Origin: an uncultured cyanobacterium
GTDB taxonomy: Bacteria > Cyanobacteriota > Cyanobacteriia > Cyanobacteriales > CAWCAG01
Length of the DNA stretch: 64,000 nucleotides
Reading direction: 5' to 3'
NCBI GenBank assembly: GCA_963793425.1
Contig: CAWCAG010000005.1
Span: forward strand, 2,080,001 to 2,144,000
The notes below the pieces were generated by a model. That model was not told the DNA's origin. It worked only from the letters and a program-made list of their open reading frames with translations, and did no database searches. This document shows positions 21,265-30,373 of this stretch, piece by piece. Position numbers and translations under genes: made by a program. The stretch's first letter is position 1; every line of letters begins with the position of its first letter.

Positions 21265-22608
21265 TTAACTCGCCGTTAAAGCCATCGCCCGTGCAGAAAA
21301 ATGTGCAGCATTGAGTGCCTCAACTGCTGCTTGATAATTTTCCACCCAATATTCTTGCCCCAAGCGAACGAATTGCCCTTCGGCGCGGGAACCAATAATG
21401 GCTACCACAGGAACTTTCCCTTGCTTTTTGTCATTTCTGGGGTTTAAAATGCCTTTTAACCTAACCTGCTCTGAAGGATCATTAGCTTGTTGAGGAGTTA
21501 GTTCTACCATAACCATATGTACTGTTTCTACTGGTTCCACTTCTTCGATAATTAGTTGCACCTTATCCTCTTGTTGATCAGCCCTTCCCCACATAATTAA
21601 GGGTTTATCTACTTCCAAGAAAGGAGAAACTTGTTCATAGGAACTAGGAAAAACCACCCCTTCAGCTTGACTAGAAATATCTTCTATTTGCACAAAGGCC
21701 ATAGGGTCGCCTTTTTTAGTAATAATATTTCTAATATCTGTCACTATAACGATGGTGCTAATTTTCTTTCTCTTTCCTTGTTCTGCTAATTGATTGAGGT
21801 TAATAGGAGAAAGGATTTTAGTAGCTTTTTGGGCAGACTTAAGGGGATGATCAGAAACATAGAAACCTAAAAGTTCTTTTTCTTGTTTAAGTTTCTCAGC
21901 AGGGGAAAAATCTTCTTTTCTGGGGGTTTGGGGAACAGAGTTTAAGCTAATCTCATTATCCTTTGTTGAATTGCTTTTAGGAGTCAAGGTATCAAAAAGA
22001 TTAAACTGCCCCATCTCCTTCTCTTTAGCACGACTCTGGGCCCAGCTTATCAAAGGATCGAGGTCATGGATAAGTTGGTTACGGTTCGGTTCAAGGCTAT
22101 CAAATGCCCCGCAATAAATTAAGGCTTCTAAGGCACGGCGGTTAACTACTCGTAAGTCTACCCTGGCACATAAATCAGCCAAACTGCGGAATGTTCCCTT
22201 CGCTTCTTTCCTCGCTTGTAATATTGCTTCAATAGCCCCTTGCCCTAAGTTTCTTACCGCCGACAAGCCAAAGAGAATCTTTTCAGCCACAGGGGTAAAA
22301 TCCACCTGAGAACGGTTAATATGGGGCGGTTCTACTTCAATCCCCATATTTTGGCAGGTAGCAATATATTTAACCACTTTATCCTGATTACCGCTACTTG
22401 AGGTTAAAAGAGCGGTCATATACTCAACAGGATAATTTGCTTTTAAATATGCCGTTTGGTAGGTGACATAAGCATAAGCGGTGGAGTGACTTTTGTTAAA
22501 ACAATTAGAAGCGACAGTACCATTAGCCAAAAGAAAATTATGATCCCTTTCTAAGCCAAGATCATAAACTGGTTCTTTCCCCAAAGGTTTACAACTAACA
22601 ATTTTCAT
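21265..22608 (-). CDS. dnaE: DNA polymerase III alpha C-terminal half with split-intein C fragment (DnaE-c)
   Basis: MKIVSCKPLGKEPVYDLGLERDHNFLLANGTVASN|CFNKSHSTAYAYVTYQTAYLKANYP; OB-fold region KKGDPMAF. Confidence 0.97.
   Translation of the reverse strand: MKIVSCKPLGKEPVYDLGLERDHNFLLANGTVASNCFNKSHSTAYAYVTYQTAYLKANYPVEYMTALLTSSSGNQDKVVKYIATCQNMGIEVEPPHINRSQVDFTPVAEKILFGLSAVRNLGQGAIEAILQARKEAKGTFRSLADLCARVDLRVVNRRALEALIYCGAFDSLEPNRNQLIHDLDPLISWAQSRAKEKEMGQFNLFDTLTPKSNSTKDNEISLNSVPQTPRKEDFSPAEKLKQEKELLGFYVSDHPLKSAQKATKILSPINLNQLAEQGKRKKISTIVIVTDIRNIITKKGDPMAFVQIEDISSQAEGVVFPSSYEQVSPFLEVDKPLIMWGRADQQEDKVQLIIEEVEPVETVHMVMVELTPQQANDPSEQVRLKGILNPRNDKKQGKVPVVAIIGSRAEGQFVRLGQEYWVENYQAAVEALNAAHFSARAMALTAS
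22504..22608 (-). other. DnaE split intein, IntC (35 aa)
   Basis: VYDL..ERDHNF.LANG..ASN followed by extein CFN. Confidence 0.95.
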
Positions 22609-22623
22609 CGTTCTCAACCCATC

Positions 22624-22712
22624 ACTTATTACTTATTACTTATTACTTATTACTTATTACTTATTACTTATTACTTATCCCCATCTCCCCATCTCCCCAT
22701 CTCCCCATCTCC
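22624..22712. repeat. Tandem repeats (ACTTATT)x~8 followed by (CCCCATCT)x4
   Basis: Read directly from the sequence. Confidence 0.95.
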
Positions 22713-22740
22713 AAAAATACCTAACAGTTTACTTAAATTA

Positions 22741-22813
22741 TGGAGCTAAGCGGATTCGAACCGCTGACCCCCTCAATGCCATTGAGGTGCTCTACCAACT
22801 GAGCTATAACCCC
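22741..22813 (-). tRNA. tRNA-Ala(GGC)
   Basis: GGGGTTATAGCTCAGTTGGTAGAGCACCTCAATGGCATTGAGGGGGTCAGCGGTTCGAATCCGCTTAGCTCCA; G3:U70; anticodon GGC. Confidence 0.97.
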
Positions 22814-22894
22814 GCGTATTTGTACTATATGATGCCCTGAAAACTTGCTTTTAGTCAAGTTCCTGATAGAAAGTTTTTGTTCTTCTTTATGTCT

Positions 22895-23098
22895 TTAGTA
22901 GGAAATATAGGAGGCATGAGTTAAGTAACCCATGCAATTATTCATCAGAAAATAAACAACCATCATCGCCGCCGCCGCTAGGGCGACTAAGGTTCCTGCC
23001 AACATAAGGGAAAATTCTTGCTGATCAAAGGCCTCTTGCATAAGATGGAGTGACCAAGCTACTAAAGCAACATCTAAAATTAGAATAGGAACTAACAT
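22895..23098 (-). CDS. Small two-TM hypothetical protein
   Basis: 67-aa ORF with two hydrophobic helices. Confidence 0.65.
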   Translation of the reverse strand: MLVPILILDVALVAWSLHLMQEAFDQQEFSLMLAGTLVALAAAAMMVVYFLMNNCMGYLTHASYISY

Positions 23099-23217
23099 TT
23101 TTTAAGAATCGTAACTTTTTGTCTATTCTAATACACATTCTTAAGCTAAATACTGATAGAAGTATTAATTTAAGCTTTTTATTAGATATAAGTGAAGTTA
23201 ATCCATGCTAGGTGAAA

Positions 23218-23988
23218 TCAAATAGGACGGATTGGTATTTTCTGCTGCTTTAAATAAGCTTTAATTTCCGCCACTGTTAACTGTCCGTAGTGCAATAGAG
23301 AAGCGAGGAGTGCAGCCTCTGCTTTACCTTCACTGAAAGCTTCATAAATATGCTGGGTAGTTCCTGCCCCCCCGGAAGCAATCACAGGAATTTCTACTTG
23401 TTCAGCAATCGTGCGAGTTAGTTCTAAATCATACCCTGCCTGGGTTCCATCCGCATCCATACTGGTTACTAAAAGTTCTCCTGCCCCCCTTTGAGCAACT
23501 TCCTTTGCCCATTGCACCGCATCCTTACCAGTATTTTCTCTTCCTCCTCGTACATAAACATCCCAACCAGAATCAACAGAATCCGCTCGTCGCTTAGCAT
23601 CTAGGGCAACTACGATACATTGATTGCCAAAGCGATCGCTAGCCCGATTAATGAAATCCGGTTCCCGTACCGCCGATGAATTAATACTGATTTTATCAGC
23701 ACCAGCTCTTAACAAATCTTTAATTTGTTCTAAGGTGTTGATTCCTCCTCCTACAGTTAGAGGAATAAAAACTTGTTCAGCCGTTCGGTAGACGACATCA
23801 AGAATGATATTTCTATCTTCGTGGGTAGCTGTAATATCCAAAAACACCAATTCATCAGCCCCAGCCTCGTTATAAACCCTGGCTAATTCCACAGGATCAC
23901 CAGCATCTTTTAGATCAACAAAGTTAACCCCTTTGACAACTCGTCCAGCTTTAACATCCAGGCAAGGTAAGATTCTTTTCGCTAACAT
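23218..23988 (-). CDS. hisF: Imidazole glycerol phosphate synthase cyclase subunit
   Basis: [43 protein letters not shown]. Confidence 0.98.
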   Translation of the reverse strand: MLAKRILPCLDVKAGRVVKGVNFVDLKDAGDPVELARVYNEAGADELVFLDITATHEDRNIILDVVYRTAEQVFIPLTVGGGINTLEQIKDLLRAGADKISINSSAVREPDFINRASDRFGNQCIVVALDAKRRADSVDSGWDVYVRGGRENTGKDAVQWAKEVAQRGAGELLVTSMDADGTQAGYDLELTRTIAEQVEIPVIASGGAGTTQHIYEAFSEGKAEAALLASLLHYGQLTVAEIKAYLKQQKIPIRPI

Positions 23989-23991
23989 GAC

Positions 23992-24080
23992 TTATCAGTT
24001 ATCAGTTATCAGTTATCAATGTACAGCTTGCTGTTGCCGTTAGGCATCATTGATATCTACGACAACGGCAAGGCGAATAG
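23992..24080. repeat. (TTATCAG)x4 heptamer tract plus two opposed short dispersed repeats
   Basis: GTACAGCTTGCTGTTGCCGTTAGGCATCATTGAT followed by inverted CTACGACAACGGCAAGGCGAA. Confidence 0.75.
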
Positions 24081-24187
24081 TTGTCAGTCATAAATATTTA
24101 GCGTTTGTCTAAGCCTCATCATCTCTTCATCTCCTCATCTATAGTAGATTTAGAGAGAAATGGTATTGAAATTCCTATTTGTGGCCG

Positions 24188-25276
24188 ATGGCAATTAAAA
24201 AATCGTTTAACCAAGGGAATCTCCCCGAAACAAAGAATCAGGGTAAAGGCAAGAAGCGACGCAATTCTCGTCAAGAAGCATCTTCAGAAGAGGAAGATTT
24301 GCTTATTGCGACAGCACATTTAGGAGAAACTGAGAGTACTGAAGAGAAGATTCGTCCTCAAAGTTTGACTGATTATGTTGGTCAAAAGGATTTAAAGGGA
24401 GTGTTGCAAATTGCCATTGAAGCAGCAAAAGGGAGGAAAGATCCTTTAGACCACTTATTATTATATGGGCCGCCGGGATTGGGAAAAACTACTATGTCCT
24501 TAATTTTGGCAGCAGAAATGGGGGTTAATTGCAAAATAACTGCCGCACCAGCTTTAGAACGTCCTAGAGATATTACCGGGATTTTGGTTAGCCTGAAACC
24601 GGGAGACATTCTTTTTGTTGATGAAATCCATCGCCTCAACCGCATGACAGAAGAATTGCTTTACCCAGCAATGGAGGATAGACGCTTAGATATCACTATT
24701 GGTAAAGGACATACAGCTAAAACCCGTAGCATTCCCTTACCTCCTTTTACCTTAGTTGGAGCAACTACTCAAGTTGGTTCTTTAACCTCTCCTTTGCGCG
24801 ATCGCTTTGGTTTAATTCAAAGATTAAAATATTACGAAATCGATGAGTTATGTTTTATTGTGCAACGCACCGCTAAGTTACTCAATGTTTCTGTCACCGT
24901 TGATGGTGCAGAAGAAATCGCCCGACGTTCTCGCGGAACTCCTCGTATCGCTAATCGTTTGTTAAGGAGGGTGAGGGATTATGCCCAAGTTAAATCTCAC
25001 GATTCTATTGATGCAAAAGTCGCTGGGGATGCGATGGAGATGTTTGGAGTTGATCCTCGCGGCTTAGATTGGACTGATCGCAAAGTTTTACAAACCATGA
25101 TTGAACAGTTCAACGGTGGGCCGGTTGGCTTAGAGGCAGTGGCAGCCGCGACAGGAGAGGATGCGAAGACAATCGGAGAAGTTTATGAACCTTATTTACT
25201 ACAAATTGGCTTCCTAAATCGTACTCCTCGCGGTCGCACAGTAACAGAAGCTGCTTACAAACATTTGGGGATTTGA
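24188..25276 (+). CDS. ruvB: Holliday junction branch migration helicase RuvB
   Basis: [58 protein letters not shown]. Confidence 0.98.
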   Translation: MAIKKSFNQGNLPETKNQGKGKKRRNSRQEASSEEEDLLIATAHLGETESTEEKIRPQSLTDYVGQKDLKGVLQIAIEAAKGRKDPLDHLLLYGPPGLGKTTMSLILAAEMGVNCKITAAPALERPRDITGILVSLKPGDILFVDEIHRLNRMTEELLYPAMEDRRLDITIGKGHTAKTRSIPLPPFTLVGATTQVGSLTSPLRDRFGLIQRLKYYEIDELCFIVQRTAKLLNVSVTVDGAEEIARRSRGTPRIANRLLRRVRDYAQVKSHDSIDAKVAGDAMEMFGVDPRGLDWTDRKVLQTMIEQFNGGPVGLEAVAAATGEDAKTIGEVYEPYLLQIGFLNRTPRGRTVTEAAYKHLGI

Positions 25277-25313
25277 GCGAAGAAGGAAGTAAGGAGCAGA
25301 AAACTACAAATAA

Positions 25314-25754
25314 TCATTGATAACTGTAGGGCTTGCCCTTGTCGAAGACATCATTGTTCGGCTTGCCGTTGCCGTTAGGCATCATTGATAACTGATTATT
25401 GATTATTGATGCTGGAAATCCGCGTTCTATTTCTCTGAGTTCAACTTCTTTAGCTTCTAAAGCTGTTTGTAAAAGTTTCATGGCTTTTTGGGGTTTACCT
25501 AAACCGCAGAAAAATAAATCCGCAGCAAAATAACCATATTCAGGCCAAGTATGGATGGCGATATGGGATTCTGCTAAAGTTGCTGTTGCTGTAACTCCGT
25601 GGGGACTAAACTGGTGTACGCATAGGTCAATTAAAGTAGCATCTCCGGCGGCGATCGCTTCAATCAAAGCTTGACGAATACGTTCTGGATCGTTGAGAAT
25701 GGCTGCTGGAGCGCTCCAGGCATCTGCGATCAGGTGAGTTCCCACTTTTTTCAT
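25314..25754 (-). CDS. speD: S-adenosylmethionine decarboxylase proenzyme
   Basis: GTHLIAD, HQFSPHGVT, LAESH cleavage site, HTWPEYG, DLFFCG. Confidence 0.92.
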   Translation of the reverse strand: MKKVGTHLIADAWSAPAAILNDPERIRQALIEAIAAGDATLIDLCVHQFSPHGVTATATLAESHIAIHTWPEYGYFAADLFFCGLGKPQKAMKLLQTALEAKEVELREIERGFPASIINNQLSMMPNGNGKPNNDVFDKGKPYSYQ

Positions 25755-25961
25755 TCTTATCAATTTATACTCCATAATTGTGAATATTCAAGGCTTCTCT
25801 TTACTAGCATAGGTTTAACAACTAAAGAATTGCTACCCATAAAGTGCGATTTTGGTTAGTTGTAGGGGAGAGTGGAGGGGGGGAGACACTATGTTGTGCG
25901 GCGAAGGGGAATTACTTTCGTTACAATTTTTAAAGTAATTGGTGAAGTGGGAAAATAATCA

Positions 25962-26816
25962 ATGACGAATAAAAATACAATTTGGGATCGCTTTTTGTCA
26001 CCGATTGTACGCTCTTTAATTGATGAAGAGAAGCTAAGACAGTTTTATGAATCGATAGACTGGGAAAATGAAGGTGATCGCTTCCGACAAGCAGATTTAG
26101 TTTATCCTCAATATTATGTTTCCCAAAACTTCCACGGTATTGACAAAGGCTACTTAAATCCAGGAGCAGCAGTTTCTTATGATCCAATCACTCGTTACGT
26201 CTTACCTCCCCAAGAAAATTGGGTACGCACTGAGGTGATCGCAGCGATAAAAGGACAACCGCAACGGATTCTGGATTTAGGTTGCGGTACAGGATCTACT
26301 ACTTTGATGCTGAAGCAGGCTTTTCCTCAAGCAGAGGTGAGGGGATTGGATTTATCACCTTATATGCTATTCATGGCTGATTATAAGGCTCAACAAGCTG
26401 GTTTAGAGATTAACTGGCATCATGGTAAAGCAGAAACAACAGGTTTTGCTGCTGATTCTTTTGATGTAGTCACCGCTTCTCTGCTTTTTCATGAAACTCC
26501 TCCCCAGGTTTCTCAACTTATTCTCAAAGAATGTTTCCATCTTTTGAAGGCAGGGGGGCAATTAGTTATTTTAGATGGCAACCAAGCTATGTTACGTAGT
26601 GCAACATGGCTAACAGAAATTTTTGAAGAACCCTACATTAAAGCCTACGCCGAAGGGAGTGTAGATGCTTGGAGTGGTGCAGCGGGTTTTGGGGCTGTAC
26701 AAACAGAAAATTTTTGGCTTATTCATCAAATAACTTCTGCGGTTAAGCCTTTAGCCATTCAGGAACAGGAGCAAGTGAGAGAAAACTTCAACGAACAGCA
26801 AGAAGCTGTTCGTTGA
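25962..26816 (+). CDS. Class I SAM-dependent methyltransferase
   Basis: ILDLGCGTG, GLDLSPYML, FDVV..SLLFHE. Confidence 0.9.
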   Translation: MTNKNTIWDRFLSPIVRSLIDEEKLRQFYESIDWENEGDRFRQADLVYPQYYVSQNFHGIDKGYLNPGAAVSYDPITRYVLPPQENWVRTEVIAAIKGQPQRILDLGCGTGSTTLMLKQAFPQAEVRGLDLSPYMLFMADYKAQQAGLEINWHHGKAETTGFAADSFDVVTASLLFHETPPQVSQLILKECFHLLKAGGQLVILDGNQAMLRSATWLTEIFEEPYIKAYAEGSVDAWSGAAGFGAVQTENFWLIHQITSAVKPLAIQEQEQVRENFNEQQEAVR

Positions 26817-26861
26817 AGTTTTCATTACATCTAATTTTGTAGTTCAAACCGCTCTCCAGCT

Positions 26862-26901
26862 CCCCATCTCCCCATCTCCCCATCTCCCCATCTCCCCATC
26901 T
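26862..26901. repeat. (CCCCATCT)x5 tandem repeat
   Basis: Read directly; same unit as 22679-22712. Confidence 0.95.
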
Positions 26902-26911
26902 CCCTATTTCT

Positions 26912-27634
26912 ATGACTTTAAAGGCAGTTTTATTTAATTTTAATGGCGTTATCATTAACGATGAGTCCATTCAGGAGGAAGTAATTGGAGAAATTCTCTT
27001 GCAAGAAAACTTACGTCCGGATATTAAAGACTATCGAGAAGTCTGTTTAGGCAGGAGTAATACTAATTGCTTAAGGGAGATTCTGCAACTGCGGGGCCGC
27101 ACTGTTACAGAAGCTGAACTTGATAAACTGATTGTTAATAAGTCTGCCCTCTATCAGCAAAAGCTAGAAACTCTTGAAACAATCCCTACTTATGATGGTT
27201 TGCAGGAATTTTTACAACAGTTGCAAGAAGCTGAACTGAAAATTGCTTTAGTAACAGAAGCTTTGCAAAAGGAAGTAGAGACGGTACTTAAGCTTGGCAA
27301 CCTGGGAAGCTACTTTGCTGTCTTTGTCAGCGCTGATGAAGTTTACAACAGCAAACCAGCACCCCATGGTTATTTATTAGCGATGGATAAACTCAACCAG
27401 AAATTTCCTGACTTGCAACTACAAAAAGAAAACTGCTTGGTTATTGAAGATACCCTAGTTGGTATTGAAGCAGGTAAAAATGCTGGTATGCAAGTAGTTG
27501 GTGTTGCGAATACTTACCCATTTCATATGCTCCAACGCCAAGCTAATTGGACAGTAGATTACTTTAAAGAGCTAGAATTGGAGAGGATTCAAGAAGTATT
27601 TGCTAATCTCGGCCAAGCTACGCTCACAAGCTAG
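26912..27634 (+). CDS. HAD-family hydrolase (motif I reads FNFNG)
   Basis: KAVLFNFNGVI, SKPAP, CLVIEDT..GIEAGKNAGM. Confidence 0.88.
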   Translation: MTLKAVLFNFNGVIINDESIQEEVIGEILLQENLRPDIKDYREVCLGRSNTNCLREILQLRGRTVTEAELDKLIVNKSALYQQKLETLETIPTYDGLQEFLQQLQEAELKIALVTEALQKEVETVLKLGNLGSYFAVFVSADEVYNSKPAPHGYLLAMDKLNQKFPDLQLQKENCLVIEDTLVGIEAGKNAGMQVVGVANTYPFHMLQRQANWTVDYFKELELERIQEVFANLGQATLTS

Positions 27635-27679
27635 CAGATCCGCAAGAAAGCAATTGACGACAAAACTTTAACTCAAAAG

Positions 27680-28156
27680 CTACTCTAACTTAGTGATCTC
27701 AACTGTAGAATCATCCTCTCTTTTGAAATTAAACACCTCAACTTCTGCATAGGTTTCTATCCATAACCTCGCTCCACCATACTTGGCTTTATCGTAGCTA
27801 TAGGTTAAACGACAGGGGCCATAGATATCTACTTCATGTCCATAATGATTAGCTTGGTTGTGCTTAACACTAATCACTGCCTCTAACTCTTCGAGCTTGG
27901 TCTTCTTCTTATTACGAGAGATTGCTCCTCCGTTAACATGAATAATCTTCACCGGACCAACACGAGGTTGACACCAACGAGGAGCGGGTCCTCTTGTACC
28001 ACGAGAAATCTTTGGTTTCCCTTTAAACAAAGGAATAGCCCAAACCTTACCAATCTTATAAGCCCCTTTAAAGCGGCGTTGTTGTAACAAATAGACAACT
28101 CGGCGAGGAGTTATCTTCAACATTGCGGCAGCTTTCCTGGTATCGATATATTGCAT
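27680..28156 (-). CDS. Helix-turn-helix (excisionase-like) DNA-binding protein
   Basis: TRKAAAMLKITPRRVVYLL.....GAYKIGKVWAIP; C-terminal IHVN...YGHEVDIYGPCRL...GARLWIET. Confidence 0.75.
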   Translation of the reverse strand: MQYIDTRKAAAMLKITPRRVVYLLQQRRFKGAYKIGKVWAIPLFKGKPKISRGTRGPAPRWCQPRVGPVKIIHVNGGAISRNKKKTKLEELEAVISVKHNQANHYGHEVDIYGPCRLTYSYDKAKYGGARLWIETYAEVEVFNFKREDDSTVEITKLE

Positions 28157-28286
28157 GAGAGGAAGAGTTGAAAAAACTATTCTGAGTTATGAATATATAA
28201 AGATGATAGCAAGCTTTGATTTGGTTTAATACCAAATCCAGCCCCTATACCCTTGCCTCTTACTGTTAAAATAAAAGAGATTATGG

Positions 28287-28359
28287 GGGGAATTAGCTCA
28301 GTTGGTAGAGTGCTGCGATCGCACCGCAGAGGTCAGGGGTTCGATTCCCCTATTCTCCA
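28287..28359 (+). tRNA. tRNA-Ala(CGC)
   Basis: GGGGAATTAGCTCAGTTGGTAGAGTGCTGCGATCGCACCGCAGAGGTCAGGGGTTCGATTCCCCTATTCTCCA; anticodon arm CTGCG-ATCGCAC-CGCAG. Confidence 0.96.
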
Positions 28360-28377
28360 TCTCGTTTATTGGTGGCT

Positions 28378-28773
28378 TCAAACAGGAAACCATTCTCGTA
28401 CCAGGGGTTCTCCGTCTGAGCTAGAAGCATCATCAATCCAGCTTAAACCCAGTTCCTTTTTCCCAGGAAGATGATATATGTCTGGTAAAGTAGCTTGAAA
28501 ATTTTTCTCATAGCGGCTTACCATAGTTTGCCAATACATAATAACTGCGGCTAATTCCCTCGCTTCTGGCTCTCTGCCAATTTTGTCTCCCATAAACGAC
28601 AAAGCTAACTTCTCAAACTTATTCTGATTGAAAGCTTCGTTTTCAATTTCTACTTGCTTAGGAATCTGAGGGGAAGAGGATTTTGCTGAGTCGTTGGGAA
28701 ACTGAGATAAATAGGAATCTTTTTGCTGGCTTGCTCTATTTGAAGATGATGGTCTATGAATTCTTTTTGGCAT
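28378..28773 (-). CDS. Hypothetical protein resembling the N-terminal leader of cyanobacterial eCIS-associated (DUF4157-type) proteins
   Basis: 131 aa; Ser/Gln-rich start then EIENEAFNQNKFE motif; family link is recollection only. Confidence 0.5.
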   Translation of the reverse strand: MPKRIHRPSSSNRASQQKDSYLSQFPNDSAKSSSPQIPKQVEIENEAFNQNKFEKLALSFMGDKIGREPEARELAAVIMYWQTMVSRYEKNFQATLPDIYHLPGKKELGLSWIDDASSSDGEPLVREWFPV

Positions 28774-29212
28774 CTTGCTACCTTACCACTTGTCTTAGTT
28801 ATGAGCATATACTCTCATTTTTCTTCTTGCTCCTCTCTATAAGTAGTAAGTCTACTACAGTTCTCTATTAGTGGTGAAGGAGAGACTTTCTCTGTGATTT
28901 AGAAGTTTTAAGAGCAGACAAAAAGATAATTGACTTGTCTTATTAAGCTCTTTCTCTAGTATTGGCCCGCTTATAAAGTGCGATCGCAGTTGATCCTGTT
29001 TTAATCCCATCAAAGAACTTCAAACAATAGCTGACTTTTTATCAGAACGTTTGTTCTAATTTTTTTCTGAAATTAAGCTTTTTCTTGATTTAGTCACCTT
29101 CTTTGCGGACATTTTCTAGCCAAATTTTAACTTCAGAAGGACTTTTGTCTAGCAAACTATTTGCAGAGCAATTCACGATTTATATTGCTTCACCTTCCGC
29201 TTTTCAAGAAAC

Positions 29213-29539
29213 TTATATTACTTCTAACTCAAAAGAAACGCTTTCAATGTCCCAGCTTATCCATGCCCAAGGTTGCTTTAGTACTCCTTCAATGACAAAT
29301 GCTTCTACATCTTCATTAGGTTCTATGAATGGCCCATCTATTACTTTGCGACCAGGTTTTCCCTTCTGTTTCCCTCCACTATCTATGTAATATTCATAAA
29401 TAAAACGCTCTGATTTTCTGACTCCTTGGAAAATTAACTTTCCTTTTGGCATAATCAAGGGCTTATCTTGATTGTTTAAAGGATGCTCTTCATATGTAAA
29501 GCTTACTTTTCTACAAGTAGATAGTTCATATATCTCCAT
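29213..29539 (-). CDS. Putative immunity-like protein, copy B (5'-truncated relative to copy A)
   Basis: YEEHPLNN...LIMPKGKLIF...VIEGVL.QPWAWISWDIESVSFELE, paralog of 32102-32497. Confidence 0.6.
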   Translation of the reverse strand: MEIYELSTCRKVSFTYEEHPLNNQDKPLIMPKGKLIFQGVRKSERFIYEYYIDSGGKQKGKPGRKVIDGPFIEPNEDVEAFVIEGVLKQPWAWISWDIESVSFELEVI

Positions 29540-29701
29540 AATTTAGGTTGCTTATTTATACACATCTGACTTAGAGCGATACCAGGGAGTGGGCTTCTCC
29601 TTCCACCAGACGCTACGCGTTTGCGCCAGCATTGTCGTAAGACTACGCCTACGCACTTCATGTAGTTCTCGTAAAATGCGATCGCACTAAAGCTAAGGGA
29701 G

Positions 29702-30337
29702 TTAAGTTAATCCAAGATTTTTGCTCAGGTTAGGCTCACTCACACGATAAACTGATTCTACTGGTGTGAGTAAATGTGACCGATTCCGAACTAAGCGATT
29801 TGGATATTGCTGATGCACAAACTCGGAGATATTTTGGATATCAACAATCCAATCTCGTGCATAATGAGATAAAAAACGACCCTGTAATCCCAACTGAATA
29901 GCACGTCGTTCTACCTTCATTTGACAGGGATCGTAATCAGGGTCCCATTGCAACCGAACCTGAGATCGCTTGACGGCTTGTTGCCATTCATCTTTACTAG
30001 AATAAAGTTTTGGTACATATTGGGAAGGGACAGCAGCAGCTAAAATCTTCTCAAAAGCTTTTCGTTTAAGCCAGATAGCTAGCACTACTTCTTGTCCTGG
30101 TTTTGTTCCCCATCCTGAGCGATACATCATCCAGAGGAAATTAGTTTTAATCCAACTCATGCGGTTAAAACTGAAGTCTCCGCCGAAATAACCATGTTCA
30201 GCAGCAAAGCCTCCGATAGCTGCATTGAAAGCTTGGTAGACTACAACAGTATTTTCGTCAAACTGAGCCATAATATGACGACCTGATGTAGGCCAACAAC
30301 TAATTTGCTTCAGATATAGTTCTGTCAATAGTTTCAT
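29702..30337 (-). CDS. DUF4291 family protein
   Basis: VVVYQAF, RMSWIKTNFLWMMYRSGWGTK.GQE.VLAI, VRLQWDPD, RRAIQLGL. Confidence 0.9.
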   Translation of the reverse strand: MKLLTELYLKQISCWPTSGRHIMAQFDENTVVVYQAFNAAIGGFAAEHGYFGGDFSFNRMSWIKTNFLWMMYRSGWGTKPGQEVVLAIWLKRKAFEKILAAAVPSQYVPKLYSSKDEWQQAVKRSQVRLQWDPDYDPCQMKVERRAIQLGLQGRFLSHYARDWIVDIQNISEFVHQQYPNRLVRNRSHLLTPVESVYRVSEPNLSKNLGLT

Positions 30338-30373
30338 CTCAAAGAAATACGACCTATTTTAAAATTATGCGGG

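Noticed and set aside
22624..22712. CRISPR array
   Set aside because: 7-8-bp tandem units without spacers; no cas genes; ordinary cyanobacterial short tandem repeats
26788..26970. ORF with GRWGDGE repeats, and other short antisense ORFs inside long genes
   Set aside because: Translations of tandem repeats or shadows of real genes on the opposite strand
28253..28474. 73-aa ORF
   Set aside because: Overlaps the tRNA-Ala gene; spurious
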